From NCBI RefSeq assembly GCF_006345805.1, contig NC_042997.1, forward strand, positions 175,088,001-175,152,000: 64,000 nucleotides of DNA, written 5' to 3'. The notes beneath the pieces were generated by a model. It saw nothing but the letters and a program-made list of their open reading frames with translations. It was not told the origin of the DNA and did no database searches. Below, in pieces: positions 52,746 through 64,000 of the stretch. Made by a program: the position numbers and the translations under genes. Numbering within the stretch: the first letter of the stretch is position 1; each line of letters begins with the position of its first letter. This DNA comes from Octopus sinensis. Its lineage: Eukaryota.

Positions 52746-52820
52746 TACATACATACACATACATACATACATACATACATACATACATACATACATACAT
52801 ACATACATACATACATACAT

Positions 52821-53530
52821 AGGTGCAGGAGTGGCTGTGTGGTAAGTAGTTTGCTTGCCAACCATATGGTTCCTGGTTCATTCCCACTGCGTGGCACCTA
52901 GGGCAAATGTCTTCTACTATAGCCACGGGCCGACCAAAGCCTTGTGAGTGGATTTGGTAGACGGAAACTGAAAGAGAGTGCATATGGTTGTACATGTTTC
53001 TCCTGCCAACAAGTACAGCTGTCTAGTATGTAATAAAATGTGTAAAAGCTTGGGCGAGTTTAAATGTCATATAAGCAACAATCATGAATCATTTCAATAA
53101 GTCTTCTTGGCAATGACTTTGTGTAACGAATATGCAGCTGACATGTCATGTATGTATGTCTGTATGTATGTATGCATGCATGCATGCATTTATGTATGTA
53201 TGTATGTATGTATGTATGCATGTATGTATGTATGCATGCATGCATTTATGTATGCATGCATGCATTTATGTATGCATGCATGCATGTATGTATGTATGTA
53301 TATATGTATATATGTATGTGTGTATATATTTGTGTGTCTGTGTTTGATCCCCCAACATCGCTTGACAACCGATGCTGGTGTGTTTAGGTCCCCGTAACCT
53401 AGCGGTTCGGCAAAAGAGACCGATAGAATAAGTACTAGGCTTCCAAAGTATAAGTCCTGGTGTCGATTTGCTTGTCTAAAGGCGGTGCTCCAGCATGTCC
53501 ACAGTCAAATGACTGAAACAAGTAAAAGAG
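52821..53530 (+). mobile_element. SINE family A interrupted by a LINE 3' fragment
   Basis: Left arm 52821-52975, right arm about 53330-53530, insert between them. Confidence 0.85.
52981..53145 (+). mobile_element. RTE-like LINE 3' end encoding a C2H2 zinc finger, with (TATG)n tail
   Basis: Open frame 52981-53100 HMVVHVSPANKYSCLVCNKMCKSLGEFKCHISNNHESFQ* (C-x2-C-x12-H-x4-H). 3' UTR shared with 43848-43950. Confidence 0.65.
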
Positions 53531-53574
53531 AAAAAGGGAGAATACATACATACATACATACATACATACATACA

Positions 53575-53606
<32 letters not shown>

Positions 53607-53714
53607 AAAATACCGTTTGATTTTGCTAAAATTCCAATGGAAAATCCTTAGATCTAAGTTAGGAACCGGCTCTTTCTCTCTAGACAAGAATTTTGAAACA
53701 AAACTGAATAATGA

Positions 53715-53764
53715 CATACATACATAGATGCGCCTGTGCACACACACGCACATACATACATACT

Positions 53765-53824
<60 letters not shown>

Positions 53825-54200
53825 CATACATACATACATACATACATAGCATACATAGCATACATACATACATACATATATACATATATACATACATGCA
53901 TACATACATGCATAATACATACATGCATACATACATACATGCATACATACATACATGCATACATACTTACATGCATACATACTTACATACATACATACAT
54001 ATATACACACATATATACATGCATACATGCATGCATACATGCATACATGCATACATGCATACATACATACATACATGCATGCATACATACATACATACAT
54101 ACATACATGCATAGATACATACATACATACATACATACATACATACACACACACATACATACATACATACATACATACATGCTTACATACATAAACATGT
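53715..54200. repeat. Long degenerate (TACA)/(TGCA)n tract
   Basis: About 480 bp of tetranucleotide variants, the source of the longest ORFs in the track. Confidence 0.97.
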
Positions 54201-54821
54201 ATATGTACATATATTGTGCTTACATGTGTGTGTATGTGTGAGTCTTGTAGCGAGAAAATCTGTAAAGTACCCAATGTTACCACGCTAAACTGTTTATTCA
54301 CGCATAGCATGTCAAACGAAAATACATTTTCTCCGGTTTTCTTCTATGGCACGGACAGGCGTGTGTTGAGTGAGTTTAACGGAAACAAAGAATTACTTAT
54401 GTTATTATACCATGGTCTATGGTAGTTATGCCTGGCGGACAGCAAAGCAAAGCAAAAGCTATTTTCTGTTTATACTTTCGTTAGCTTTCATAGAAGGTAT
54501 TATATCACAATATAATGTACGGTATTAAGATTGTTTTCTAGATAATGATGATAATGCGAATTATGGTAGTGGATGGTGACGATGGTGGCGATGGTGGCGG
54601 TGGTGGTAGTTTTTGGTGGTTAGTGGTGGAGATGGTGGCAGTGATTTTTGTTTCTGGTGGTAGTGGTGGGATGGGGGAAATGAAGGTCGTCGTCGTCGTC
54701 GTTGTCGTCGTATGAGGGCGCGCTTTGCGAAAAACGCTTTTTGCAAGAAATAGAACAAGGAAAATCTAAGTTGATATATGACAATACATTTATATATAAA
54801 GACAAACAGACAGACAGGCAC

Positions 54822-54872
<51 letters not shown>

Positions 54873-55024
54873 CAGACAGACAAATAGACGGTTAGATGGA
54901 TAGATGGATAGATAGATAGATAGATAGAAAAGTGTATAATGAATTTATAAAAGTATGCATGTATTTATATATGTATGCGTGTATGTGTGTGTATACATAT
55001 ATATATACAATATATATGTGTGCG

Positions 55025-55071
<47 letters not shown>

Positions 55072-55078
<7 letters not shown>

Positions 55079-55512
55079 CGGGATCAGCCATCTGAATGTG
55101 GCTAGGGACAGGGCGGGGTGGTGGGGGTGTTACTGATGCATTTAGCCCCAGGCGACTATAGACGTCACCAGGAGAGCCAACACCATCACGGTGTCCTTGC
55201 TAGCCCGTAAAGGGAGATCAGCCTCCCCGAAGATACGGATGCTACACACGGACCGGTTTCGAGGTATTGCCTCTCGTCAGCGCATGGCAAGCACCGTTCT
55301 TCGTTGAGGGACTTCCTCTACAGGCTAGAAATATATAGATTTTCACTGTAAACACAGTCACTGGCGTCGAAAATCTGTTCGATAACAATAATAAATCTCT
55401 AAGCGAGGTATAAACAGTAACTGCTCTGTAATATAAGCGGGACCAGCCATCTGAATGTGGCTAGGGACAGGGCGGGGTGGTGGGGGTGTTACTGATGCAT
55501 TTAGCCCCAGGC

Positions 55513-55519
<7 letters not shown>
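55072..55519 (-). mobile_element. Hammerhead-containing 359-bp unit with 89-bp terminal direct repeat (retrozyme-like or non-autonomous Penelope-like element)
   Basis: 55072-55160 recurs at 55431-55519 with one mismatch (period 359). Flanked by (TA)n on both sides, with an intact hammerhead in the unique part. Confidence 0.75.
55246..55285 (-). ncRNA. Minimal type I hammerhead ribozyme, catalytic core intact
   Basis: Minus strand ATGCG-CTGACGA-GAGG CAATA CCTC-GAAA-CCGG-TC-CGTGT. Helix I 5 bp (two G.U), helix II 4 bp, palindromic helix III ACCGGT, GUC cleavage triplet (predicted cut between 55251 and 55250). Confidence 0.85.
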
Positions 55520-55562
<43 letters not shown>

Positions 55563-55569
55563 GACGTCT

Positions 55570-56240
55570 ATACACCACACTTTCTCTATAGTCTGTGTCT
55601 TTCTCTTTCCTTGCCTCTGATTCTTCCCCCACTTATCACATTTCTCCGTCTTTCTTACTTCGCACCATTATTTCTATTGCTAAGCCAATCCTGTTTCTTC
55701 TCCCCTCTTTAATTCCTTCCTTCTCTCCCCCCCTTGGTGCCTTCGTCCCTTTCTTTCTCTCTCTCTTTGATTCCTTGCCCCTGCTTTTCTTTCTCTTTCT
55801 TCCGTCCTCTCACGCGACCGCCTTCAAACTGGTCTTTCTGGCTTGACCGTTGCCACGTTAACACTGTTGTCTTCGTTTGCCGCAAAGGCATTTTTCAAAT
55901 ACGCCAGCCAAGATAAGTTAAAAATTGTCTGAAGTCGTAAGACACCCACTGTTTTGTCCTGTTATTACTATTCTTGTTTTTTATTTCTATTTTTTGTTTC
56001 TTGTATTTATATTCGTGTGGCATCCTGTCCTTGTTTCGTATACATTCGATCCTCTTTCCAAGAAATCTAATGCCCGTAGCTTAGTTTTTCTTTGGGGCTG
56101 GCCGTATCGGAGCGATATCGAGGATTAATCAGCCGAAATTGCTAAGATGATCCGGTTCCCGACTGAAGATTAGAGGCTGTTTTTTTGTGCCGTCTCTTTG
56201 TGTGTTTTTGCGTTCTTGTCCCATTTTGTAATTTCTATTT
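55570..56240 (+). mobile_element. Family F repeat copy
   Basis: Homologous to 12380-13070 and 48355-48600. Confidence 0.65.
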
Positions 56241-56269
56241 AATTCTATACATACATATATATATATATT

Positions 56270-56314
<45 letters not shown>

Positions 56315-56332
56315 TATATATACATATATATT

Positions 56333-56652
56333 CGGTCAAGAATGACCATGGGATTGCACCTAAAAAGTTCTCCTCTGAGGCATAAGTCCGGGCAAGGCTA
56401 TTTAGGGAAGACCTGCAATCACCCATGCATATGGGACTCCCCTCTCCACGCCACCGACGTTTTCCAAAGGAAAAGCAAAGGCCGATACAGCTCGGAACCA
56501 GTAACATCACAACTCATTTCTACAAATGTGTTATCTGGAGCAACGTGGAAAAAAGTATCTTGCTTAAGAACACAACATACATCCCAGACCGGGAATCGAA
56601 CTCACTACCTCATGATTGTCAGCCCTACGCTCTAACCACTGAGCCAAGCGCC
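56333..56652 (-). mobile_element. SINE family C, full length
   Basis: Minus strand GGCGCTTGGCTCAGTGGTTAGAGCG...GAGTTCGATTCCCGG head plus the family C body. Confidence 0.85.
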
Positions 56653-57170
56653 GAAAGAGAGAGAGAGAGAGATCATCGTTCAGACATTAACGAATCTTTA
56701 GAAGACCAGTGTTGGCGGGACATGTATAGAAATGAATCTGTCAGCGCATGCTTCAAAGAGCAGTCTAAAGAAATCTGAAGTTGGCCAACTTAACTATGAG
56801 CTTCTCATTGTGGAAAACTTTGCATCAAGATTATTTTTGCCAGTTATCTTGAGGTGAGAGAAAGACAGACAGAGGCAGCGAGACGTAGACAGAGATAGAG
56901 GGACAGAGAGATAGAGTGACTATCAACATTCCACTGTTATCGTAATTACACTTGATGAAAAACTTTATTATAAGTGCTTGAAGTTTTTTTCAATAGAATG
57001 TCTTTCTGCGGGAGAAATAGGTCATAAGATAGACAAATAGATCTGTCTTATTTACATGTTCAATGAGACTGCCATACTGTTACAAAAGTAGTGATGGTGG
57101 AAGACGTGATATTAATGAAAGTGATATTGATGATATATAAAAAAAAGATATATATATACAGAGGTGATAT

Positions 57171-58153
57171 TTTCGAAACTCGATGCTTTCCTTTTTCCGT
57201 AAAGGGAAAAATGCCTCACAAGCAACCAAAGGAATATGCGCAGTTTACGGTGATGTTTCTTTATCCGAAAGAACTGTACGGAAGTGTTTCGCAAGGTTCC
57301 AAGCAGGAGATTGTAGTCTTATTGATTAAAGAGCGATCAGGCAGGCCATCCACTACAGATGGTGACCAAATCAAGTCATTAATTGAGAATAACCCACATT
57401 GCACAACCCGAGAATTGGCAGAAAGCCTCAATCTTTCAAAATCCGTCGTTCATGAGCACCTGGTAAAGCCTGGGTACACAAATCGCTACGATGTTTAGGT
57501 ACGACATGAGTTGAGTGAGAAGAACCTTTTGGATCGCATTTCCATCTATGATGCGCTTTATAAACGGAATGAAAACGCGCCTTTTTTAAAGCAAATTGTG
57601 ACAGGTGATGAGAAATGGATTATCTACCGAAATGTTCAGAGAAAGCGATCCTGGAGTAAGCGATATGAACCACCCTTAGCCACCCCAAAAGCGGGTCTTC
57701 ACCCTAAAAAAAGTCTTGCTTTGTGCCTGGTGGGATTGGAAAGGAATTCTGTACTATGAGCTTCTCTCAAGTAACCAGACAATTAATTCTGAGAAATAAT
57801 ACACACAACTGAAAGAGTTAAAAGCAGCAATTCAAGAGAAACGTCCAGAATTGTCCAACAGGAAGGGTGTTGTTTTCCAACATGATAATGCAAGACCGCA
57901 CTTTTCTTTAAGAACCAGACAAAAATTGCTGCAGCTCGGCGGGGATGTGTTACCCCACCCTCCATATTCACCAGATATTGCTCCTTCGGATTTCCACTTA
58001 TTCAGGTCTCTGCAGAATATTCTTAATGGTAAAAATTTCAATTCCTTGTATGACGTAAAAAGATACCTTGATGAATTCTTTGCCATGAAGCCACCTTAAT
58101 TCTGGGAAGAGGGTATTTTCAAGTTAAAGGAAAGATGGAGACGCATTGTGCAT
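57171..58153 (+). pseudogene. Mariner (DD34D) transposase pseudogene, both ends truncated, no TIRs found
   Basis: HTH region KGKNASQATKGICAVYG..SERTVRKCFARF, RSGRP, (W)VRHEL, TGDEKW (D 57607), HDNARPH (D 57884), YSPDIAPSDFHLF (D 57989) with 34 residues between the last two D. Stops and frameshifts present. Confidence 0.95.
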
Positions 58154-58495
58154 CTGAAAACCTTAAAGATACCCTACAATCCAAATATATTGAAAAGTCG
58201 ACATTACTTGGAACTGCACGCATATTGCGTAAAGTACTGTTTGTCTGAGGTCCTTGTTTTGACTTGACAAACAGTACAAAACCCCAGTAGACACAATATC
58301 TTCAATCAACAACCTCACGATATTGTATACTGTTCGACATCTATAATAATAATAAAATGAAGAACAGTTGAATAGTGCGTGTTTATTGACAAAATGACCG
58401 TCCCCAAATATAAACAATATTTGTTTTAATGTTATAATAAAAACTGTTTTACATTAAAGTGATTAATTACTCAATACATTTGGTAGAGTACAAAT

Positions 58496-58895
58496 AAGGC
58501 GGCGAGCTGGCAGACTCGTTAGCACGCTGGGCGAAATGCTCAGCGGTATTTCGTCTGCCGTTACGTCGTTCTGAGTTTAAATTCCGCCGAGGTTGACTTT
58601 GCCTCTCATCCTTTCAGGGTCGATAAATTAAGTACCAGTTACGCACTGGGGTCGATATAATCGACTTAATCCCTTTGTTTGTCCTCTCTGTATTTAGCCT
58701 CTTGTGGGTAGTAAAGAAATAGGTATTTCGTCTGCCGTTACGTTCTGAGTTCAAATTCCGCCGAAGTCGACTTTGCCTTTCATTCTTTCGGGGTCGATAA
58801 AATAAGTACCAGTTACGCACTGGGGTCGATGTAATCGACTTAATCCGTTTGTCTGTCCCCTCTGTGTTTAGCCCCTTGTGGGTAGTAAAGAAATA
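58496..58895 (+). mobile_element. SINE family B dimer with perfect 14-bp TSD
   Basis: GGTAGAGTACAAAT at 58482-58495 and 58896-58909. Internal junction AAAGAAATA|GGTATTTCGTCTGCC. Confidence 0.93.
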
Positions 58896-59881
58896 GGTAG
58901 AGTACAAATTTATTGTTCTTTAACAAGAATAGTATTGACAGTAACTTCGAAGTTTCGACCTGTTAGGTATGAGTTTGCTTGGTCTTGTTTTCATTGCAAA
59001 GATTATTTCATAGGGGTTTTTTTGTTTTTTTGTTTTTGTGGGTTTTTTTGAGATTACTCGATGAAAAATTGAAATAGTACAGAAGCTCAAATATTTCAGC
59101 AGGATATGTTTCAGGGCTGCAATCTAGTGACGAAACAGGTCTTAAGTGAACACTCAAATATGTATCACTTACATGCTAAACGACTCATAAGATTGCTTGT
59201 TGTACATAAAATATGTCAAAGTACAGATAGGCGGGGAAAACGCCATCACATAAAAAAAGAAAAAATATTAATGAATCAGTCTTTTTTTATCTTTATGTGT
59301 TTCTTTTTTCTTTTTTCTTTTTTGCAGGGTGGCGGCTATTGAAACACTGGTGATATTTTTTATGACGTTAGGGCCAAATTAACTGGTTAATTAGATCAGC
59401 AGACGTCTTTGAGATATAAAAATGACAAAACTTGATTGCTTTGTAAAGCACGTAAATGCACACACATATACGCGCGCGCGTGCGTTCACATATATACTAT
59501 GCACACATATGTATATACATGTCTGTATACATATGTGTGTATTTATGGATGAAATGACATTGAAAAATTTCCCACCTGTGCCTTCTATATGGGAAACATA
59601 TTGTTAAATATAGGCTGATGTACTTAATGTGTTGAACCAAAAATAAACTTCAACTGGTTGAAATTTAAATTATAACGAAACAAAAATACGTGAGAGTAAG
59701 TGCAAATTTCTTCTCACAAGCAGCAAGGGAGAGAATTCTCAAATTTTCAATTGAACAAAAAATTAAATTGAATTGTGTAGAAGAAATGGCTAGCGAGTCT
59801 GAGTCGGTCTCTAACCAAGTAGGTTTGTGTTGGGTATGCTTCGCTAAGGAGGTCATATAAAACAGAAACATGTTTAGACTT

Positions 59882-60113
59882 ATTTCTTTATTGCCCACAA
59901 GAGGCTAAACATAGAGGGGACAAACAAGGACAGACAAAGGGATTAAGTCGATTACATTGACCCTAGTGTGTAACTGGTACTTTATTTATCGACCCCGAAA
60001 GGATGAAAAGCAAAGTCGACCTCGGCGGAATTTGAACTCAGGACGTAACGGCAGACGAAATACTGCTAAGCATTTCGCCCGGCGTGCTAACGTTTCTGTC
60101 AGCTCGCCGCCCT
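59882..60113 (-). mobile_element. SINE family B monomer with 16-bp TSD
   Basis: AAACATGTTTAGACTT at 59866-59881 and 60114-60129. Confidence 0.93.
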
Positions 60114-60390
60114 AAACATGTTTAGACTTGTCCCCGTAGTAGACAAGCTGATGCAGGGCACTCTCGGCTGTAGTTCGACTTGCTAGAAATAGCAGCCAAA
60201 TTTTTCTGATTTAAATGAGGACACATGGTGGTCAATATTGTTCTGGTTATACAAAAAAGACAAGCAGTTGCAGAAGAAATATCCTTGACCGTAGGTCTGA
60301 TCGAGTATGACAAATATGAAGTTAAACAACAATGAGGTCAGGAATTTGAGCGGGAGCAGTCCGTTACACCTCAATATTTGATTAGTATTA

Positions 60391-60761
60391 AGAAGCCGAG
60401 CTGGCAGAATCGTTACCGAAAAATGTTTAGCGCCATTTCTTCCGACTTTACGTTCTGAGTTGAAATGCCACCACGATCGACTTTGTTTTTCATCTTTTTG
60501 GGGTTGATAAAATAAGTACCAGTTGAACACTGGGGTCAATTACATCGACCCTCCTCTGATATTACTGACCTTGTACCAAAATTTTAATCAATTTCAGGCG
60601 ATTACATTGACACCTATTACTCAACTGGTACTTATTTTATAGACCCCGAAAGGATGGAAGGGAAAATTGACCACAGGGGAATTTGAACTCAGATCATAAA
60701 GACTGACGAAATTATCCTAAGCATTTTGCCCGTTGCTTTAACGACTCTGCCAGCACCCTCG
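60391..60761. mobile_element. Tail-to-tail pair of old SINE family B copies
   Basis: Plus copy about 60391-60592 abuts minus copy about 60596-60761. Confidence 0.7.
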
Positions 60762-60935
60762 CTATCCTCCGAGGCAATACCTTTTCCATTTTGTCTGCTG
60801 GTGTCATATCACTAACAAGGATTGCATATGTTTAAAGTTTATGGTAAAGAGACTAGTTTACAGAGACGCTTAATGAGCTCGAACCTGGTATCTTATAATT
60901 GTGAAGAGAATGTCTTAAGTGTACGGCTATGATTA

Positions 60936-61335
60936 TACTCTTTTACTTGTTTCAGTCATTTAACTGTGGCCATGCTGGAGCACCGGCTTTAGTCGAGCAA
61001 ATCGACCCCAGGACTTATTCTTTGGAAGCCTAGTATTTATTCTATCGGTCTTTTGCCTAACCACTAGGTTACGGGGACCTAAACACACCAGCATCGGTTG
61101 TCAAGCGATGTTGGGAGACAAACACAGACACACAAACATTACACACACCTACATATATATACACATATATACGACGGGCTTCTTTCAGTTTCCGTCTACC
61201 AAATCCACTCACAAGGCTTTGGTCGGCCCGAGGCTATAGTAGAAGACACTTGCCCAAGGTGCCACGCAATGGGACTGAACCCGGAACCATGTGGTTGGTG
61301 AGCAAGCTACTTACCACACAGCCACTCCTACGCCT
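60936..61335 (-). mobile_element. SINE family A, full length
   Basis: Reverse complement of the family A sequence. Confidence 0.9.
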
Positions 61336-62570
61336 ATGTATATGAAGGGAATGAATTGCAAACATAAACAAAATTTTTTTTTTTAAATATAACTGCATTT
61401 TTTGCTTGGTGTTCTAACGTACTGAAGGTGATTATATTCATCAGTGAAAGCTGAGATAAATATAGTAAACGGAAAATGAATGAGAGTGATAGAGTGGGAA
61501 GAGGATTAAAGTGAGTAGAGAAACAGAGTGTGAGGTGAGTAAAACAGGTGAGCGAAAATCTTTCGTCTTAATGTAAGGTGAATCTTCTGCAATATATTTG
61601 GCTCCGAATCAACACAGCTTTCAAAGATGAAATATTTTCAAATAAATTATATACGTAGGAATGGTTATACCTGCAGTTAAAAACGTGGTTCTAAATTCAC
61701 TCCTACTGCCTTAGATAAGTGTCTGCGGGTGAACGGGTAAAGAGTGTGAACGCTAGTCGGACTGTCGGATGAATCATGGTTTCTCCTCCCTTTTAACACA
61801 TCCTATTAGTCTCGGTGACCTTACAAAGGTCATAGGCACTGCCCTTCTTCTTCTGACTAAGTGACCAAAGAATAGTGTTATTTCTAACGAGGAGTTAGTA
61901 GTGGCTGAGTCCGTGTACATTACAAGGGGCCTTACTAGTAGTCTTGCCGTATCTTGTTCATTCTCATATCTTTGTTCGATTCAAGCCTGTTGGTGATTAA
62001 AATATGAACAAATAAACAGTGTATTTCAACTCTAAATAAACTCAGTGTGTAAAACAGAATAGTGTGATAGAAAACATACAGTATATTACGCAGTTTACTC
62101 TAATACACATTTTGTCAAAGAATTATATTCCGAACAAATTGGACAACTGCTAGGAATCGTGTCCACTTAAAGACAAACACAACTTTTCACTATGGAGAAT
62201 GAACCGACAAGGGAGCTTCCACGTCATCCCTCACCATGTTAAAAATAGCAACCACATCTCCCTCAAATCGCACGTTATTATCATTGAAGTAAGAAAGATA
62301 CTTTGATAATGTAGTCCTAAATATACTATGCCTGAAAATAAGATCAATGGTTACCGCTGGATTGTCGTTAATCATAAGATTTGCTTGCTCATGGCTGATC
62401 GCGGATTAAATAACAACAACAAAGCTGCACAGACAAATTCTTTTCGATTTTCTTCTTGATTCTGTTATTATGTCTGCTACACTTCTATCCTTTCCTCATT
62501 GTTAGAAACTGTGCTGTAGCTGGGACATTTTATTGCCCTTTTAACATATTCATAGGCATTTGGGGATTAA

Positions 62571-63001
62571 TTGCATCTTTTCGGTTTGAACGGCAGTTTT
62601 TAACATAATTTCTAGGTAACTAAAAGATTTTAAACTTCGTATAATGGTAGAATGTGTTCATAAAACATCTTTTTCTCTTGGCTTTATCGAGAAAATTCTA
62701 TAGTTAGTAAGATATTTGTTGTTGTTTTTTCTTCAATTTCTGCAATTTCAACCAATCACTGACGTCTATTGAGGTAAAAAAACATTCTGTGCCGTATGAA
62801 TATGTCCCTCGTTTAAGAAACAGATTGGGTTTATTTACATTTCTGAAGAAAAAAAACGCCCTTCCCCCCACCCCTAACCTTAACTAACCCTGACCCTAAA
62901 ATAGATTGAAAGCAATAGATCGATACTAGGGTCATAATTATGGGTGACAATTTCATATGACACGGCTAGAAAAAAATGCCGTTCAAACCGAAAAGACCCG
63001 A
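62571..63001. mobile_element. MITE with 20-bp perfect inverted repeats, flanked by TTAA
   Basis: TCTTTTCGGTTTGAACGGCA (from 62576) / TGCCGTTCAAACCGAAAAGA (to 62996). TTAA at 62567-62570 and 63002-63005, symmetrically placed 5 nt outside the IRs. Confidence 0.75.
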
Positions 63002-63679
63002 TTAATTCAATAATTACATTATCGAGCTGCTTCTCCTGCTGCTGTTATTATTGCGGTGGTCTGACCCTAATTCAGCTCTGATAGAACAACTATTGGATGT
63101 TCCAGCTTTAATTATCCCATTTTTTATTGTATTTTTGTTTCAGGCACAAAATATTTAGGAGCTTTCCTTCATTTTAAGCAGAGTGGAGAAGACTTAATCC
63201 ATCGCATAGTTTAATATCTCCAGTTGATCATTTTGTGTTTTTTAGCAAAACACTTTGTTGCAAGCGTTCAGGTCTGGGCTTCAGTCTGAGCATAATTCCG
63301 TTCCTTCTTTGCACTAGTTTTGGAAACCATTGAAAAAGGCATGTTTGATGCCTTTCTTCCTTGAATACTCATTCAGAGAGGGGGAAAATAAAAATGATAA
63401 GGTGTGATTTGAGATAGATTTTTTTCTTGTTTTTAGTGAGTAGACCGACCACATAACACTTACATCTCCGGCTTGCTATTTTGTTGTTTGATTTTATCAC
63501 TGATGTTACTGATGTTGTTTCAAACTGTGCTCAATAACGGGGGCAAAGCGCCTTCAGGTGGCTTTAGTTACACAATAAAATCACTTCCAACAAAAGATAA
63601 TGGATGGTGTTACTAGCAATGTTCACAGCTTTACTACAGTTCTTTTGTCTGGTTCTATTTCCTTCCCTCTATCTACCTA

Positions 63680-63830
63680 CATATATTTCTCTCTCTCTCT
63701 CTCTCCCTCTCCCTATCTTACTCTCTCCCTCCCTCTCTCTCTCTTTCTCTCCCCCTCTCTCTTTCCCCCTCTCGCTCTCTCTTTCTCTCTCCCCTCTCTC
63801 TCTTTTTCTTTCACTCTCCCTCTCTCACAC
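63680..63830. repeat. (CT)n-rich tract
   Basis: Visible polypyrimidine microsatellite. Confidence 0.95.
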
Positions 63831-64000
63831 ACCAAATCTTGCCATCTTTCTCTGTATCCATTTTAACGCAAAAAAAACTCTTGCCAAGAAGTAGCCAATT
63901 TAATTTTGGAATGGTTTGGCGAATGTCTGCCAAATACCATTTCGTATAAGATGAAAATTAAACGGTAGTTCGTCCACACTAAGTATCGATTATAGCTGTC

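Noticed and set aside
53654-54310. Longest ORFs in the track (also 43485..43925, 1978..2472, 6573..6974 and similar)
   Set aside because: They are translations of (TACA)n, (TA)n and triplet microsatellites that simply lack stop codons.
61782-61966. Stop-free minus-strand frame (IEQRYENEQDTARLL...)
   Set aside because: No convincing in-frame acceptor and no recognisable homology.
62190-62375. ORF with good-looking splice sites
   Set aside because: It contains TTTGAGGGAGATGTGGTTGCTATTT, the signature of the old retroposon 3'-end family.
62872-62898. Interstitial telomere
   Set aside because: Only about four degenerate units, lying inside a MITE.

Overview
This is eukaryotic, AT-rich, almost entirely non-coding DNA, saturated with microsatellites ((TA)n, (TACA)n, (TG)n, (ATT)n, (GAT)n, (TAGA)n) and transposon relics. 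The repeat families and the 5S-like sequence suggest an octopod cephalopod (Octopus-like), which is inference from recalled repeat families, not a database hit. Nearly all ORFs in the supplied track are microsatellite artefacts, and there is no confidently intact protein-coding gene or CRISPR array. Supported content: at least four tRNA-headed SINE families (my labels A-D, about 35 copies), a decayed DD34D mariner transposase, an internally deleted pogo-like TIR element, three Helitron-type non-autonomous elements, hAT- and piggyBac-type MITEs, fragments of L1/Tx1, CR1-like, RTE-like and R4/Dong-like LINEs, one dispersed 5S rRNA copy, two long fold-back palindromes and three tandem arrays. The most interesting signal is a core-intact minimal type I hammerhead ribozyme (55246-55285, minus strand). 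It lies inside a 359-bp unit with 89-bp terminal redundancy inserted in a (TA)n tract, the architecture expected of a retrozyme or Penelope-type element copied from a small circular RNA. Two or three further hammerhead motifs from other small families occur in the window. Low-confidence host-gene traces are a candidate minus-strand promoter and first exon (MPPKF), a candidate internal exon and a possible decayed GPCR pseudogene.
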